Shown here: piece by piece, positions 32,701-42,238 of the stretch
Layout: every line of letters starts with the position of its first letter
How positions within the stretch are numbered: position 1 is the stretch's first letter
NCBI GenBank assembly: GCA_003154195.1
Contig: PMCS01000029.1
Location: 132,547-196,546 of the forward strand
Direction: 5' to 3'
Origin: Candidatus Omnitrophota bacterium
GTDB taxonomy: Bacteria; Omnitrophota; Gorgyraeia; Duberdicusellales; 4484-171
DNA length: 64,000 nt
Made by a program: the position numbers and the translations under genes
Notes under the pieces: model-generated
Databases searched by the model: none
Seen by the model: the letters and a program-made list of their open reading frames with translations, nothing else
What the model was told of the DNA's origin: nothing

Positions 32701-34530
32701 ATGTGTGGAATATTCGGATATATCGGAAAAGGAAGACCAATGTCAGCGTTGGTTGACGGCCTGGCACGGTTGGAATACCGCGGTTATGATTCCTGCGGTA
32801 TCGCCGGCCTGGAAAACGGGAAAATTTTTTTAAAAAAAAGGCCGGGCAAGATCAACCAGTTGAGAGAGGAAATAAAAAATCACCTCAGCGATAAATTATT
32901 ATTAGGAATTTTACATACCCGCTGGGCGACCCATGGAAAACCCAACCAGGCAAACGCTCACCCCCATCTGGATTGCCACCACGATTTCGCCATAGCGCAT
33001 AACGGCATCATCGAAAATTACCTGAAATTAAAAGACGAATTAATCGGCGCCGGCCATAAATTTGCCAGTGAAACCGATACGGAAGTCATTGTCCATCTTA
33101 TCGAAAAATTCTATAAGGGGTCATTCGAGGAAGCGCTGATTAAAACCGTAGCGAAACTCGAAGGTTCTTTTGCTGTAGCGGTTATTTCCCGGTATCATCC
33201 GGAAAAGCTTATCGGCGCGAGAAAGGGAAGCCCTTTGATTGTCGGTATTGGGAAAAACGAAAATTTCTTTGCCTCAGATATCCCGGCCCTGCTGCCTTTT
33301 ACCAAAAAAGTTATATATCTTAATGACGGAGAAATCGCCGTTTTAACCAGGAACAATGTTAATATTTTTTCTTTTAGCGCAAAACCATTAAAATCCAGGA
33401 TTGAAAAGGTAAAATTAAAGGCCGAAGATGCCCAGAAAAAAGGGTACGAGCATTTTATGCTCAAAGAAATCAATGAGCAGCCGGAAGTCCTTAAGAAAAC
33501 ATTTTCGCTGTATTGCAAAAACAATAAGTTGAATTTTCCCGACCTTAGTTTCAGACCCAGTTACCTGAAAAATATCAAAAAAATTTTTATTACTGCATGT
33601 GGTACAGCTTACCATGCCGGATATGTGGCGAAGTACTTTTTGGAACAATACTGCGGCGTGGACGCCGAAATTGATACCTCCAGCGAGTTTCGCTACCGCA
33701 AACTGAATATCAAACAAGGGGATTTACTGATAACAATTTCTCAATCGGGAGAAACTGCCGATACCCTGGCGGCAGTAAGAGAATTCCGGAGGAAAGGCGG
33801 CAAGGCGTTAAGTATCTGCAATGTTTTAGGTTCCAGCCTCGTTAAGGAAAGCGACGGTCTTATTTATACTCTGGCGGGGCCGGAGATCGGTGTGGCTTCC
33901 ACCAAGGCCTATACCGCGCAGATTTTCTCGCTTTATTTATTCGCGCTATATTTAGCCGGGATAAAGAAGAGTCTTACGAAAAATCAGATACAGGCAACCC
34001 TGAACGAGCTTTCGAAAATTGCCGATTATCAAAAAGAAATTTTGGATAAATGCGTGCAAGTGCAAAGAATAGCCAATAAGTTTTCTAAGCTGGGGTCATT
34101 TTTATTTTTGGGAAGAGGAATCAATTATCCTTCGGCCTTGGAGGGAGCGCTAAAGCTTAAAGAAATTTCTTATATACCCGCCGAAGGGTACCCCGCCGGC
34201 GAGATGAAGCACGGGCCCATCGCTCTGATTGACGAATACCGTGCCGTAGTTTGTATCGCGCCCCGGGATAATTTGTATGAAAAAATGGTTTCCAATATGC
34301 AGGAAGTGAAGGCCCGGCGGGGCAATGTTTTCGGCATTTTAAATTACGGCGATAAGGAAGCGAGTTTACTCGCCGACGAAGTGATACATATTCCACATTT
34401 AAAAAACCAGTTTTTGAGCCCGCTTTTAGTAGCGGTGGCCTTGCAGTTATTCGCTTATTATGCGGCGAAACACATCGGCTGCGATATCGACCAGCCGAGA
34501 AACCTGGCGAAGTCGGTGACGGTTGAGTAG
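32701..34530 (+). CDS. glmS: glutamine--fructose-6-phosphate aminotransferase (isomerizing)
   Basis: N-terminal MCGIFGY Ntn amidotransferase domain and two SIS domains. Confidence 0.95.
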   Translation: MCGIFGYIGKGRPMSALVDGLARLEYRGYDSCGIAGLENGKIFLKKRPGKINQLREEIKNHLSDKLLLGILHTRWATHGKPNQANAHPHLDCHHDFAIAHNGIIENYLKLKDELIGAGHKFASETDTEVIVHLIEKFYKGSFEEALIKTVAKLEGSFAVAVISRYHPEKLIGARKGSPLIVGIGKNENFFASDIPALLPFTKKVIYLNDGEIAVLTRNNVNIFSFSAKPLKSRIEKVKLKAEDAQKKGYEHFMLKEINEQPEVLKKTFSLYCKNNKLNFPDLSFRPSYLKNIKKIFITACGTAYHAGYVAKYFLEQYCGVDAEIDTSSEFRYRKLNIKQGDLLITISQSGETADTLAAVREFRRKGGKALSICNVLGSSLVKESDGLIYTLAGPEIGVASTKAYTAQIFSLYLFALYLAGIKKSLTKNQIQATLNELSKIADYQKEILDKCVQVQRIANKFSKLGSFLFLGRGINYPSALEGALKLKEISYIPAEGYPAGEMKHGPIALIDEYRAVVCIAPRDNLYEKMVSNMQEVKARRGNVFGILNYGDKEASLLADEVIHIPHLKNQFLSPLLVAVALQLFAYYAAKHIGCDIDQPRNLAKSVTVE

Positions 34531-34646
34531 ATTTTTTAAAAAGATAACCGAAAGACCAAAAAACGGAAAAACGAAAAGACCATATGCCAGTGTTAAGTTT
34601 TTTGGTTTTTCAGTTTTTCGGTTCTTAGGTGCGAGCGGAGCGAGCC

Positions 34647-35054
34647 ATGAAAGTTATTGTTGCTACAGTCTGTGAACATGCCTGGGTGGAAAACGGCTGC
34701 CTTTCTCTCTGTCGCACTTTTGACAGCATCTCGGCGGATAAATTTCCCTATACTTTGCCCCGAATGGGTATCGCTATAAGGCTGTTGGCCCGGCGTAGCG
34801 AAGCCGGCGAGCATAAAATAGCGATTCATATTGCCGATGCCGACGGGAAAGAGTTGATGCGGGCCGATTGGAATTTAAACGTTGCCGTGCCTTTGGAATT
34901 AATACCCGAATCTTCTTTTTCCTTCGCTCTCAACGGGCAAAACGTTGTATTTTCGGCGGCCGGCGATTATGCCGTTGATGTGATAATCGATTCAAGAGTG
35001 GAAGTAAGTATCCCGATATATGTTAGGGAGAAAAGCGGAAGTAAGACCGGCTAA
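34647..35054 (+). CDS. hypothetical protein
   Basis: 136 aa from MKVIV; no recognisable motif. Confidence 0.3.
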   Translation: MKVIVATVCEHAWVENGCLSLCRTFDSISADKFPYTLPRMGIAIRLLARRSEAGEHKIAIHIADADGKELMRADWNLNVAVPLELIPESSFSFALNGQNVVFSAAGDYAVDVIIDSRVEVSIPIYVREKSGSKTG

Positions 35055-35055
35055 A

Positions 35056-35165
35056 ATAAATTTTAAATTTAGCATTGAACAATGGCCATTTTAAATTGTG
35101 CTGACCAGTTGGTCCCAATGATAATTGTTCAATGATCAATGTTCAATTTAAAATGAATTATTCGC
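35056..35165. repeat. family 3 intergenic repeat (TTTAAATTGAACATTGAT/CCATTGAACAAT core), copy 1
   Basis: Related copies at 36318-36420 and 43393-43492, each in a stop-to-start intergenic gap. Confidence 0.7.
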
Positions 35166-35172
35166 TGATTTC

Positions 35173-35838
35173 ATGCTATATTTAATCGCCACCCCCATCG
35201 GTAATTTAGAAGATATAACCTTGCGGGCCTTACGTGTGTTAAAAGAAGTCGATTTAATTTTAGCCGAGGATACGCGCAAAACCGGTATTCTCTTAAAATA
35301 CTTTAATATTGAAAAACCCCTGGCAAGTTTTCACGACCACAATGAAGCGCAAAAAATACCCTGGGTAATCGAAGAGTTAAAAAAAGGCAAAAATATCGGC
35401 TTGGTGTCCAGCGCCGGCATGCCGACAGTTGCCGATCCCGGGTATAAATTGATAAAAGAATGCCGTAAGCAAAATTTACCGCTTACCGCTTTACCCGGCG
35501 CCTCAAGCGTGGTCAACGCTTTAAGCTTAAGTTCGATGCCCCATGACAAATTTATTTTTCTCGGGTTCCTCCCCCGCAAGAGCGGCGAGCGGAAAAGGGT
35601 ATTGGAAACGGCGAAAAATTTCCCACACGCGATTATTTTTTTAGAATCACCGTTTAGGATCAACAAGACTTTGTCCGACTTGGCGGAAATATTTGGCGAC
35701 AAATATATCAGCGTTGCCCGGGAAATGACCAAAAAATTTGAAGAAATCAGAGAATCGGCCGTTACCGAAGCGATAGAACATTTCAAAAAAACTCAACCTA
35801 AAGGAGAATTCGTTTTGATTATCGATAACCATCAGTGA
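35173..35838 (+). CDS. rsmI: 16S rRNA (cytidine1402-2'-O)-methyltransferase RsmI (short form)
   Basis: MLYLIATPIGNLEDITLRA...LAEDTR tetrapyrrole-methylase-like N-terminus. Confidence 0.75.
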   Translation: MLYLIATPIGNLEDITLRALRVLKEVDLILAEDTRKTGILLKYFNIEKPLASFHDHNEAQKIPWVIEELKKGKNIGLVSSAGMPTVADPGYKLIKECRKQNLPLTALPGASSVVNALSLSSMPHDKFIFLGFLPRKSGERKRVLETAKNFPHAIIFLESPFRINKTLSDLAEIFGDKYISVAREMTKKFEEIRESAVTEAIEHFKKTQPKGEFVLIIDNHQ

Positions 35839-35974
35839 TGTTATTCCGCTTCGTTGCTTGGAATAAAAATATGCTTTGCGCATTTTTATTCCACTACGCG
35901 GGATTAATCCGACTACAGTTTTTTCCTCCGCGTGTGGCGCTTGGAAAAAACTAAGTCTCATTAAGGAGGGAAAG

Positions 35975-36301
35975 ATGATTACTTATGACGATTTCGCGAA
36001 ATTGGAATTCAAGGTAGGTAAAATTTTAGAAGCAACCGACCATCCCAACGCGGATAAACTGCTGGTTTTAAAAGTCGATGTCGGTGATAAAAGCTTGCAG
36101 ATGATTGCCGGCGTAAAAGGTTTTTACGCGCCGCAGGATTTAATCGGCAAATATGTCGCGGTGCTGGCTAATTTAGAGCCGCGGCCGCTGCGGGGAGTGG
36201 AGTCGCAGGGGATGGTATTGGCGGCTTCCACGGCCGATAAAACGCAACTGTGTTTTGTAGTTCCGGATAAAGAAATCGCCGTAGGGAGTGTTATAAAATA
36301 A
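35975..36301 (+). CDS. tRNA-binding (CsaA / EMAP / MetRS-C-like) domain protein
   Basis: FAKLEFKVGKILEATDHPNADKLLVLKVDVG OB-fold tRNA-binding signature; family 2 repeat abuts its RBS. Confidence 0.7.
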   Translation: MITYDDFAKLEFKVGKILEATDHPNADKLLVLKVDVGDKSLQMIAGVKGFYAPQDLIGKYVAVLANLEPRPLRGVESQGMVLAASTADKTQLCFVVPDKEIAVGSVIK

Positions 36302-36453
36302 AGGATTAGTTTAAAATAATATTAATTTTAAATTTAGCATTGGGCAATGATCATTTTAAATTGGCTTAATACTTTTTTTGATGATAATTGTTCAATGGTC
36401 AATGTTCAATTTAAAATGACAATCAATATAAAACATATTATCAAGGAGAAAAA

Positions 36454-37830
36454 TTGAACAGGTCGGTGAGCTTAAAAGTATTCGGTTGGGGGTTTATTAT
36501 TTTTTCTCTCCTCTGCGCGGCTATTGTTTTCCAGCTTGCTCGGGCCCAGAATAAATTAATGGCGGCTTTTAACTGGGAAGTTACCTATAATTTCTGGGCC
36601 GGTTTATTTTTCGGCGGTATGGCGATGGCGATATTTCTTTTTGCCACCGGCGTAGGGCTGCTTAAACGAAAATTATGGGCTTATTACGCCGCCTTGTTAA
36701 TTCCGATCATGGGAATTCTCGGTATGATCTGGAATATCTGGTTTTTTGGAGGGCAGTTTTACTCGGCCGGAGAATTGGCTGCCTTCTTTTTTGCTTACGC
36801 GCTTATCTTTTTATTTTTTACCGCTTCAAAAACAAGAAATATTTTCGGCATAACCGAAGTAGCGATAAAAAATCTGAGGTCGTTACCGAAAATATTAACT
36901 GTTACTTTAATTATATTAGTTTTCGCACACATTTTGAGTATACCCGCTTGGTTTTTATACGTTAACGCGAGGTACGGCCATTTTCCTTCCCTGGTTAGGC
37001 TTAAGCCTCTTCCGGCGGCATATTATGTGGAAGACCGAAAATTTATTTACCGAGATTGCGAACCGGTAATAATTTTTAATTATACCATCTGGCTGCCGAA
37101 AGATTTAAAGATGAAGATGCTCTATAAAAGTAAGGAATTCGGCTGGGAAGCGGTTTTAGCCAACGGCGAAGAACCTGCCGCGACAATGACTTTATTCCTC
37201 AACGATAAAGGCGCCGGATATCTTATTCCCTTCAGCAAGGCATTACGGTTTGATTCCGTATACGGCCTGGAAAAAAAGATAAATTACCCGGCCAGCAGCC
37301 CGCTTTATTTCGCCCTCAAAAGCGCGGCAAATTTAACACCCAAGTATATTGAAGAAGCAGCCGGCGCCAACTGGAAGGGATTTATCAAAAGCGATTATTC
37401 CCAAAAAAATGCAAGGAAGATTATCGACTGTTCCCTTTATGATAAAAAGGAAAAACAGATGTGCGGCATTACGTTTATTCTTAAGGATAAAACCGCGAGC
37501 CTTGAACGCGCCCGGAGCATTATCGCGTCTCTGAAGTTTAATGAAGCTAAGATATCTTCCCGCGTATTTTTCCAACAAGGGCAAAAAGCCCTGACGGAAA
37601 AAAACTATACCTTAGCCGCGTTAAGTTTTTTAAACGCGCTTTACGGGGAAGATAAAAATCCCGAATACGCTTATTGGCTGGCGCTGTCATTATCGCGGGA
37701 TGACGCCGGGCCGGGCCGAAAAACGCGCCGGGAATCGGCGAAGAACTTTTTAATTTACGCTCTCAATTTAAAACCGGATTACGCGCCGGCCGCCGCGCTG
37801 TTGAAGGAGATAGAAAGAACGCAGGGGTAA
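36454..37830 (+). CDS. hypothetical polytopic membrane protein with C-terminal TPR-like region
   Basis: Multiple TM helices in first 200 aa; C-terminal TPR-like helical repeats. Confidence 0.35.
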   Translation: MNRSVSLKVFGWGFIIFSLLCAAIVFQLARAQNKLMAAFNWEVTYNFWAGLFFGGMAMAIFLFATGVGLLKRKLWAYYAALLIPIMGILGMIWNIWFFGGQFYSAGELAAFFFAYALIFLFFTASKTRNIFGITEVAIKNLRSLPKILTVTLIILVFAHILSIPAWFLYVNARYGHFPSLVRLKPLPAAYYVEDRKFIYRDCEPVIIFNYTIWLPKDLKMKMLYKSKEFGWEAVLANGEEPAATMTLFLNDKGAGYLIPFSKALRFDSVYGLEKKINYPASSPLYFALKSAANLTPKYIEEAAGANWKGFIKSDYSQKNARKIIDCSLYDKKEKQMCGITFILKDKTASLERARSIIASLKFNEAKISSRVFFQQGQKALTEKNYTLAALSFLNALYGEDKNPEYAYWLALSLSRDDAGPGRKTRRESAKNFLIYALNLKPDYAPAAALLKEIERTQG

Positions 37831-37996
37831 TAAAACTTGGCCCACCGTTTCGCGGCGGGGCTTAGTTTTATTGTACTAAACCACTGACGAAGGCGGAGGC
37901 AATTCACTTGCGCGAAACATTTCGTGGTTTCCGAATTATATATTAACAAAACGGGGGGATAGTGTCAAAACCCATCGAGAACAGAAAGGAGGTAGT

Positions 37997-38809
37997 ATGA
38001 ACAAGTTCATAAAAAATTATATGGGATATTTTTTGGTAAGTGTAGCAGTAATGGCAGCCGGCATGATTATCGGCGTTTCCCTGATTTCCGGGGCAAAAAT
38101 CGTTGCCACGGCAATTTATGAGAAGAATTTTCCCGGCCTGGAAAAAGCCATCAGCGACTCATCGTTTAAAATGAGGCCGCCTTCGCTGCCGCCGGTCAAA
38201 ACGCTTCAACCGGGAGAAAAAAAGGTAGAAGGGGTAGGGCCGGGGACAAACGCGGTCAAGGGCGATAAAAAAGCCAAAGTTTTATTGGTTGAATTCAGCG
38301 ATTTTCAATGCCCTTTTTCCAAAAGGTTTTATAAAGATATTTTTCCCCAAATTGAAAAAAACTATATCGAGACAGGTAAGGTTCAATTTGCTTATCGGGA
38401 TTATCCTTTGTCTTTCCATCCTTTCGCGATACCCGCGGCGATTGCCGCCCGCTGCGCCGGAAAACAAAACAAGTATTGGGGGATGTTTAATAAATTAACC
38501 GAAGCGGCGTCTCTGGACGATAAATCATTGAACCAATGCGCCAGAGATATTAAATTGGATCTGGTTCAACTTGACGCTTGTCTATCCGATAAAACAATCA
38601 AAGAAGACATAGGGAAAGATTTTAAAGAAGCGAATCGGTTCGGTGTTTCCGGCACCCCGGCATTTTTTATCAACGGAAGGTTTATCGAAGGCATGTCTTC
38701 TTACGAGGTATTTCAAAAAATAATCGATGAGGAGCTTGCTAAAACAAATGCCGGCGTTGTCGCTGTGGCGAAACCAAAAGGCCAGGAAACGAAAAACCAA
38801 AATAAATAA
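37997..38809 (+). CDS. DsbA-family thiol:disulfide oxidoreductase, membrane-anchored
   Basis: Thioredoxin CPFS active site (FSDFQCPFSKRF). Confidence 0.7.
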   Translation: MNKFIKNYMGYFLVSVAVMAAGMIIGVSLISGAKIVATAIYEKNFPGLEKAISDSSFKMRPPSLPPVKTLQPGEKKVEGVGPGTNAVKGDKKAKVLLVEFSDFQCPFSKRFYKDIFPQIEKNYIETGKVQFAYRDYPLSFHPFAIPAAIAARCAGKQNKYWGMFNKLTEAASLDDKSLNQCARDIKLDLVQLDACLSDKTIKEDIGKDFKEANRFGVSGTPAFFINGRFIEGMSSYEVFQKIIDEELAKTNAGVVAVAKPKGQETKNQNK

Positions 38810-38901
38810 TACAACATTTACATGTAGAACATTTAGAACATGTAGGAAAACAGCAATGGATACTACATTCCCTAATATGTTCTACATGTGAAAAATTTAT
38901 T

Positions 38902-39312
38902 ATGAAAACCGAATACATCATTGTTAATACCAACGGCAATAACGATATCGTCGATATAACCAAGAATTTAGAAAGTATTATAAATGAGGCAAAACTAAAA
39001 GACGCCATCTTATTCTTAAACGTTATCGGTTCAACCGCGGCCCTGACTACGATGGAATATGAATCGGGCCTGGAGAAGGACTTAAAGCAGGCCATTGATA
39101 AGCTTATCCCGTTTAAAAAAGACTACGCCCATAATGCTACCTGGTCAGACGATAACGGCCACGCTCATTTGAGAAGCTCTTTTATAAAAACAAACTTTTT
39201 TGTTTCGGTAAGCGGCGGAAAACTCGATTTGGGCACCTGGCAGCAGGTGGTGCTCATTGATTTCGATACTCGGCCGCGCGAACGTAAAATTGTGGTGAAG
39301 ATTGTGATATAA
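38902..39312 (+). CDS. YjbQ/UPF0047 family protein (secondary thiamine-phosphate synthase-like)
   Basis: NATWSDDNGHAHLRS...GKLDLGTWQQVVLIDFD matches the UPF0047 signature. Confidence 0.7.
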   Translation: MKTEYIIVNTNGNNDIVDITKNLESIINEAKLKDAILFLNVIGSTAALTTMEYESGLEKDLKQAIDKLIPFKKDYAHNATWSDDNGHAHLRSSFIKTNFFVSVSGGKLDLGTWQQVVLIDFDTRPRERKIVVKIVI

Positions 39313-39504
39313 ATTTAGAGTAACGGTACCGATGGCTACGGATAAAGATACGTTAATCGTAAACCGGTTGCCCGCCTAGCCGAGCTAGGCGAGGCTGGCG
39401 TAACTCGAAACGTCAATCGTCATTCGGCTGTCGTCAAAAAGCCGATAAACGATAAACGGTAACCGTAACGAGCCGCGCAACCGATTAACGAAAGACGAGA
39501 AATA

Positions 39505-40326
39505 ATGGACTTAAAGCAGCCCATTGAAACTTATGATTTAGTTTTTCTTGACCTGGAGACTACCGGCCTTGAGGTTGTTACCGGCGATGCCATCTGCGAG
39601 ATCGGGGCAATCAAGATAAAAAGCCGCGAACCAAGAGATAAGTTTCATACCCTGGTTAATCCCGGCCGCCGCATCCCCGTCGAAGCTTACCAGATTCACA
39701 AGATTTCCGAAGCCGAGGTAAAAAGCGCCCCCCTTTTTCCGGATATTGCCGAAAAATTAATTGCTTTTCTGGCCGACAGCGTCCTTCTGGTTTACAACGC
39801 CGATTTTGACATCGGATTTCTTAACCACCACCTGAAGAAAATAAATTATCCTCCGATTGATTTGCCGGTAATCGATATTTTAATCATGGCCAGGAAAACC
39901 TTAAAGCTCGCCAAATACAATTTATCGGAAACCGCCGCCTTCTTTAATTTAAAATCCGAAGATACGCTACATCGGGCGATGGCCGATACGGCGTTAACGG
40001 CGCGGGTTTTTTTTAAATTAATCGACATCCTTAAAGCCAACAAACTGGATTGCCTGTCCGATTACCTCACTCTTTACGGGCATAACGACGATGTTTTTAA
40101 AACCAGGCAAATGTCGAAAAAATTGTTGATTAAAGAAGCGATTGCCAAAAAAATGGAATTAAAATTGCGTTATTTTTCCCCGGGAAATACAATCGAAGAA
40201 TCGCGCATCAAGCCCTTGCATATCATCGAAGAAAAAAACACCGCGAGCTTCTGGTTCAAACTGCCCGCCGGCAACAGCGTCCAGATACCGTTCAATAATA
40301 TTTTTAATATCGAGATAATTATTTGA
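39505..40326 (+). CDS. DEDDh 3'-5' exonuclease (DnaQ/PolIII epsilon-like) with extra C-terminal domain
   Basis: Exo I (VFLDLETTGL), Exo II (YNADFDIGFL), Exo III (HRAMADTALTARVF); followed by hairpin terminator. Confidence 0.75.
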   Translation: MDLKQPIETYDLVFLDLETTGLEVVTGDAICEIGAIKIKSREPRDKFHTLVNPGRRIPVEAYQIHKISEAEVKSAPLFPDIAEKLIAFLADSVLLVYNADFDIGFLNHHLKKINYPPIDLPVIDILIMARKTLKLAKYNLSETAAFFNLKSEDTLHRAMADTALTARVFFKLIDILKANKLDCLSDYLTLYGHNDDVFKTRQMSKKLLIKEAIAKKMELKLRYFSPGNTIEESRIKPLHIIEEKNTASFWFKLPAGNSVQIPFNNIFNIEIII

Positions 40327-40365
40327 GGGCCGGGTATTTCCGACCCTCAAATAATTATGTAAAAA

Positions 40366-40482
40366 ATGTCCTACGCCGACTGCTTCGCCGCCGCCCTGGC
40401 AAAAATCAATAAAGCCGAGCTGATTACGGGGGATAGGGAATTTAAGGAAGTGGAAGGGGAAGTGAAGGTGGTTTGGCTGTGA
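40366..40482 (+). pseudogene. possible 38-aa C-terminal remnant of a PIN-domain (VapC-like) toxin
   Basis: MSYADCFAAALAKINKAELITGDREFKEVEGEVKVVWL resembles PIN C-terminal strand-helix. Confidence 0.3.
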
Positions 40483-40513
40483 GCCACTTTTATTAAAATA
40501 TAACCAAGCTGCG

Positions 40514-40966
40514 TTGAATTTTAACAAGGAAGAAGAACGGCCGATTTTGTTCCGTGAAGGCAAAGAGCGGCAAGCTATTTTACGGATTCGTGTAAATCAG
40601 CAGTTTTTTAGAACAACTATTCTCGCGAGCTATAATTTTAGCTGCGCCATTACCGGACTTACGAATAATGACCTTCTAGTTGCTTCTCATATTATGCCTT
40701 GGTCAAAAGATGAAAAAAACCGATTGAATCCCAGAAACGGTATTTGTCTAAATGCTTTACATGATAGGGCGTTTGACAGAGGTTTGATTACGATTGCCCC
40801 GGACTACACAATAAAAATATCGCCCAAATTGCGAAATTATTATAATGAGCATTTTGTCTCAATGGCGCTTAAGCAATATGAGGGACTTCATATAAATCTT
40901 CTCTCAAGATTCCTTCCCGATCCAGCTTTGCTGGGATTTCATAACGCTGAAATTTTTCAAGAATAA
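40514..40966 (+). CDS. HNH endonuclease (HNH_2-like), probably N-terminally truncated
   Basis: SCAITGL...LVASHIMPWSKD...NGICLNALHDRAFDRGLITI; 150 aa vs ~280 aa typical; non-ATG start in ORF track. Confidence 0.55.
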   Translation: MNFNKEEERPILFREGKERQAILRIRVNQQFFRTTILASYNFSCAITGLTNNDLLVASHIMPWSKDEKNRLNPRNGICLNALHDRAFDRGLITIAPDYTIKISPKLRNYYNEHFVSMALKQYEGLHINLLSRFLPDPALLGFHNAEIFQE

Positions 40967-41094
40967 AGATATTTTTCCATATCTTCATGCCCAAAGACAA
41001 AACGTTAAATTTTAAAACCCGCCCTTTTATAATTTGCTATGAATTCACTCTATATTTTGGTAAAATACCTCTAGAAAAATAGATTATAGACTGA

Positions 41095-41212
41095 CCCCGC
41101 CCTTTTGGCTGGGTGGTTAGATAAAAAAGCGGTTCTATTGTAATTCCAAAGCGGTTATTATAAAGAAAAGCTTAATTTACCAATAGCGCCAAAAGGGCGG
41201 GGTTCAATTCGA
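41095..41212. repeat. long hairpin repeat (CCCCGCCCTTTTGGC...~90 nt...GCCAAAAGGGCGGGG), copy 1
   Basis: Second copy at 41815-41937; the pair flanks the Lrp/AsnC gene. Confidence 0.75.
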
Positions 41213-41273
41213 CTACACTCGTTTTCTGCGCCTTTGGCTTGAAAACGAGTAAGTTTCATTGAGGGAGGTTACT

Positions 41274-41756
41274 ATGGACGATATTTTAGAGATATTGGAG
41301 CAAAACGCGCGGACATCAATGGAAGATTTGGCTAAACTTACCGGAAAAACCAAAAAAGACGTGGCGGCGGCGATAAAAAATTATGAGAAGAAAGGGGTAA
41401 TTGTAAAATACAAGACCGTCATCGATCGAAGCAAAACAAAAAATAACGGCGGAGTAACCGCGCTCATCGAAGTCAAGGTGACGCCGCAAAAAGATGTCGG
41501 TTTTGACGGCATCGCCGAACGCATCTACAAATTTCCCGAAGTAAAAAGTTGCTACCTTCTTTCGGGGACGTACGATTTACTCCTTTTGATCGAAGGTAAA
41601 GATATCCATACGGTAGCCAATTTTGTTTCGGAAAAATTGGCGCCACTCGATTCGGTAAAGGGCACTTTCACCCATTTTATGCTTAAGAAATATAAAGAAG
41701 ACGGCGTAATGATTGCGGGCGAGGAGAAGAATAAACGATTGGCGATAACGTATTAA
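41274..41756 (+). CDS. Lrp/AsnC family transcriptional regulator
   Basis: N-terminal HTH (ILEILEQNARTSMEDLAKLTG) and RAM/ACT C-terminal domain; GAGGGAGG RBS. Confidence 0.8.
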   Translation: MDDILEILEQNARTSMEDLAKLTGKTKKDVAAAIKNYEKKGVIVKYKTVIDRSKTKNNGGVTALIEVKVTPQKDVGFDGIAERIYKFPEVKSCYLLSGTYDLLLLIEGKDIHTVANFVSEKLAPLDSVKGTFTHFMLKKYKEDGVMIAGEEKNKRLAITY

Positions 41757-42079
41757 ATGAGACTTCGATTTTTCCAAGCCCGAAGGGCGCAGGGAAAATC
41801 GGTAGTCGAATTAAACCCCGCCCTTTTGGCTGGGGTAATTGGATAAAGAAACGGTTTATTACAATTTTAAGGGAGTCATTTTTAAAAAAAGTCTAATTTA
41901 ACGATAACGCCAAAAGGGCGGGGTTTTCACCGCCTTCCTTAAATAATTATTTTAGGGAAGCGGGATCCCGCCAAAGGCGGGAAATTCGCAGACGGCCTTG
42001 GCATCTAAAATGTCAAGGCCTATGATTTAAGAAATTTGGTAAAATTTCCTAAATCATCTGCTCATTAAAGGAGGTACAC

Positions 42080-42238
42080 ATGGCGGAAGAGAATATAAAA
42101 GTACCATCGGAACAGGAAAAAAGTTGTGGTTGTGGTTGCGGAAAAGATCTCAAAACAATGCAGATACCTCTGGGGGTTAGCTTTATAGTATTGCTTATCG
42201 CCTGCGCGATAATCGGGGTTATCATCTTCAGTATATGA
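42080..42238 (+). CDS. 52-aa Cys-rich single-TM small protein (hypothetical)
   Basis: Not in ORF track; MAEENIKVPSEQEKSCGCGCGKDLKTMQIPLGVSFIVLLIACAIIGVIIFSI; AAAGGAGG RBS 6 nt upstream; 3' end overlaps aminotransferase start. Confidence 0.4.
   Translation: MAEENIKVPSEQEKSCGCGCGKDLKTMQIPLGVSFIVLLIACAIIGVIIFSI

Noticed and set aside
40159-40563. 134-aa minus-strand ORF across the PIN-fragment/HNH region
   Set aside because: Begins at a non-ATG codon and overlaps both the terminator hairpin and the HNH gene start. No domain similarity.
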